A stretch of 64,000 nucleotides of DNA from Octopus sinensis (lineage: Eukaryota), in contig NC_043007.1 of assembly GCF_006345805.1 (NCBI RefSeq), positions 16,306,001 to 16,370,000 of the forward strand. The letters are read 5' to 3'. Below, one piece after another: positions 62,639 through 64,000 of this stretch; positions within the stretch are counted from its first letter, which is position 1; the number at the start of each line of letters is the position of its first letter. A program made the translations under genes and the position numbers. Below the pieces are notes generated by a model. That model saw nothing but the letters and a program-made list of their open reading frames with translations. It was not told where the DNA came from and ran no database searches.

Positions 62639-64000
62639 TCATACATAGATATGTATATATCTATAATATAAATTGGACATGGGCGATTGTTGTATTCTTT
62701 CTTGTCTTGAGGTTCACAGCCAAACGGCTGGGTGGATTCGCGTGAAAAAGGGCACACATGTGGAGATGGGTGCATAGATTGGAACACAGTTTGTATTTTT
62801 TTCCTAACCCCCATACTTACTGAGAAAATCGATTAAAAATTTGGTTGACCCGAGGCTATAGTAGAAGACACTTGCCTAAGGTGCCACACAGTGGGACTGA
62901 ACCATGTGGTTGGTAAGCAAGCTACTTACCACACAGCCACTCATCATTTTCTTATGTATTTTAGACAATTTTAGAAAAACTAAAGCATGTCTTTCACAAT
63001 TTCAGAGCATATTGAACTTATTTTCTGTGTGATGTTTGCCCCACTCTGTATATGTGTGTGTGACTGAGCGAATTATGCATTTGTATATGTATGTCTGTGT
63101 ATTCACTCATGTATATTTGTATACATTACCTACTTCTATGAAAACAGCAGGCTGCAAGTGATGATGTTGTCATTTTGTGGAGGCACATGGCCAAGTGGTT
63201 AGAGCAGCAGACTCATGGTCGAGGGATTGCAGGTTCGAATCTCAGACCGGGCGATGTGTGTGTTTATGAGCGAAACACCTAAGCTCCACGCGGCTCCAAC
63301 AGAAGGTAATGACAACCAATGCTGGTGTGTTGATGTCCCTGTAACTTAGCAGTTCGGCAAACGAGACCGACAGAATAAGTACCAGGCTTACAGAGAATAA
63401 GTCCTTGGGTAGATTTCTTCGGGTAACACGTTTTAAAGCAGTGCTCCAGCATGGGCGCAGTCAAGGTAATGGTGAACTTCTGCTGATTTTTTCGCCACAA
63501 CTTTCTCTCACTCTTTCCTCTTGCATCATGCAGCTCACCTGCGACGGACCGGAGTCCCATACAGGTGGGGAACCTATATACGCCAAGGAAACCGGGAAAC
63601 CAGCCCTTATGAGCCAGGCATGGCTTGAGAAGGAGTAAACATTCATATGTTGTCATTTTGCTTGTTGCCAAATCATCTGCTAGTATTGCACCTTTGTGTA
63701 AACATAGGAAATATCAAATCCCTTATTGGTAAAAACCTACGAGGGTTATTACTGTGAAGGGGATTCAACTATAAAACCTTGCCTTAATAATATTCTTCAG
63801 AATATGGCCATTCTTTCACTCGGTCAATATTCACAGCTGTTTGAATACAACAATCAATATAATAATAATAATAATGAAATTATTGTATACAGTGCTCAGG
63901 TGCACCACAACTTGTCAAAAGTGCGTATAAAGCATATGCAGTAATGTACAAATGTCTGGGAAGTGAACATTGAATGAGTCAGATACATGCTTGCGTGTGT

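Noticed and set aside
52769-64000. Downstream calpain exons (QGxLGDCW catalytic motif)
   Set aside because: Not found by eye in any frame; the intron probably extends beyond the window.

Overview
Repeat-saturated, AT-rich animal genomic DNA; the SINE repertoire and microsatellite density suggest an octopus or other coleoid cephalopod (inference, no database search). The only host coding sequence I can support is a first coding exon of a classical calpain (52373-52768, +, Gly-rich N-terminus, GT donor at 52769). No second exon was recognised, so 52769-64000 is probably intron 1. The rest is a mosaic: four or more tRNA-derived SINE families, two R4/Dong-clade (restriction-like endonuclease) LINE lineages tied to (CATA)n and (TAA)n, RTE 3' ends, a Penelope-like RT fragment, mariner and maT/DD37D transposons, Helitron/Helentron-like elements, MITEs and long microsatellites. 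Nearly all ORFs in the supplied track are microsatellite or SINE artefacts. The most unusual signal is a set of about 10 minimal, Penelope-type hammerhead ribozyme motifs. Two of them occur as outward-facing inverted twin-hammerhead palindromes (8444-8726 and 42450-42660) built from unrelated sequences. There is also a decayed HDV-like motif in an RTE-derived SINE tail and fixed-junction 184-bp SINE concatemers. All folds and alignments were done by eye; coordinates of degenerate elements are approximate.
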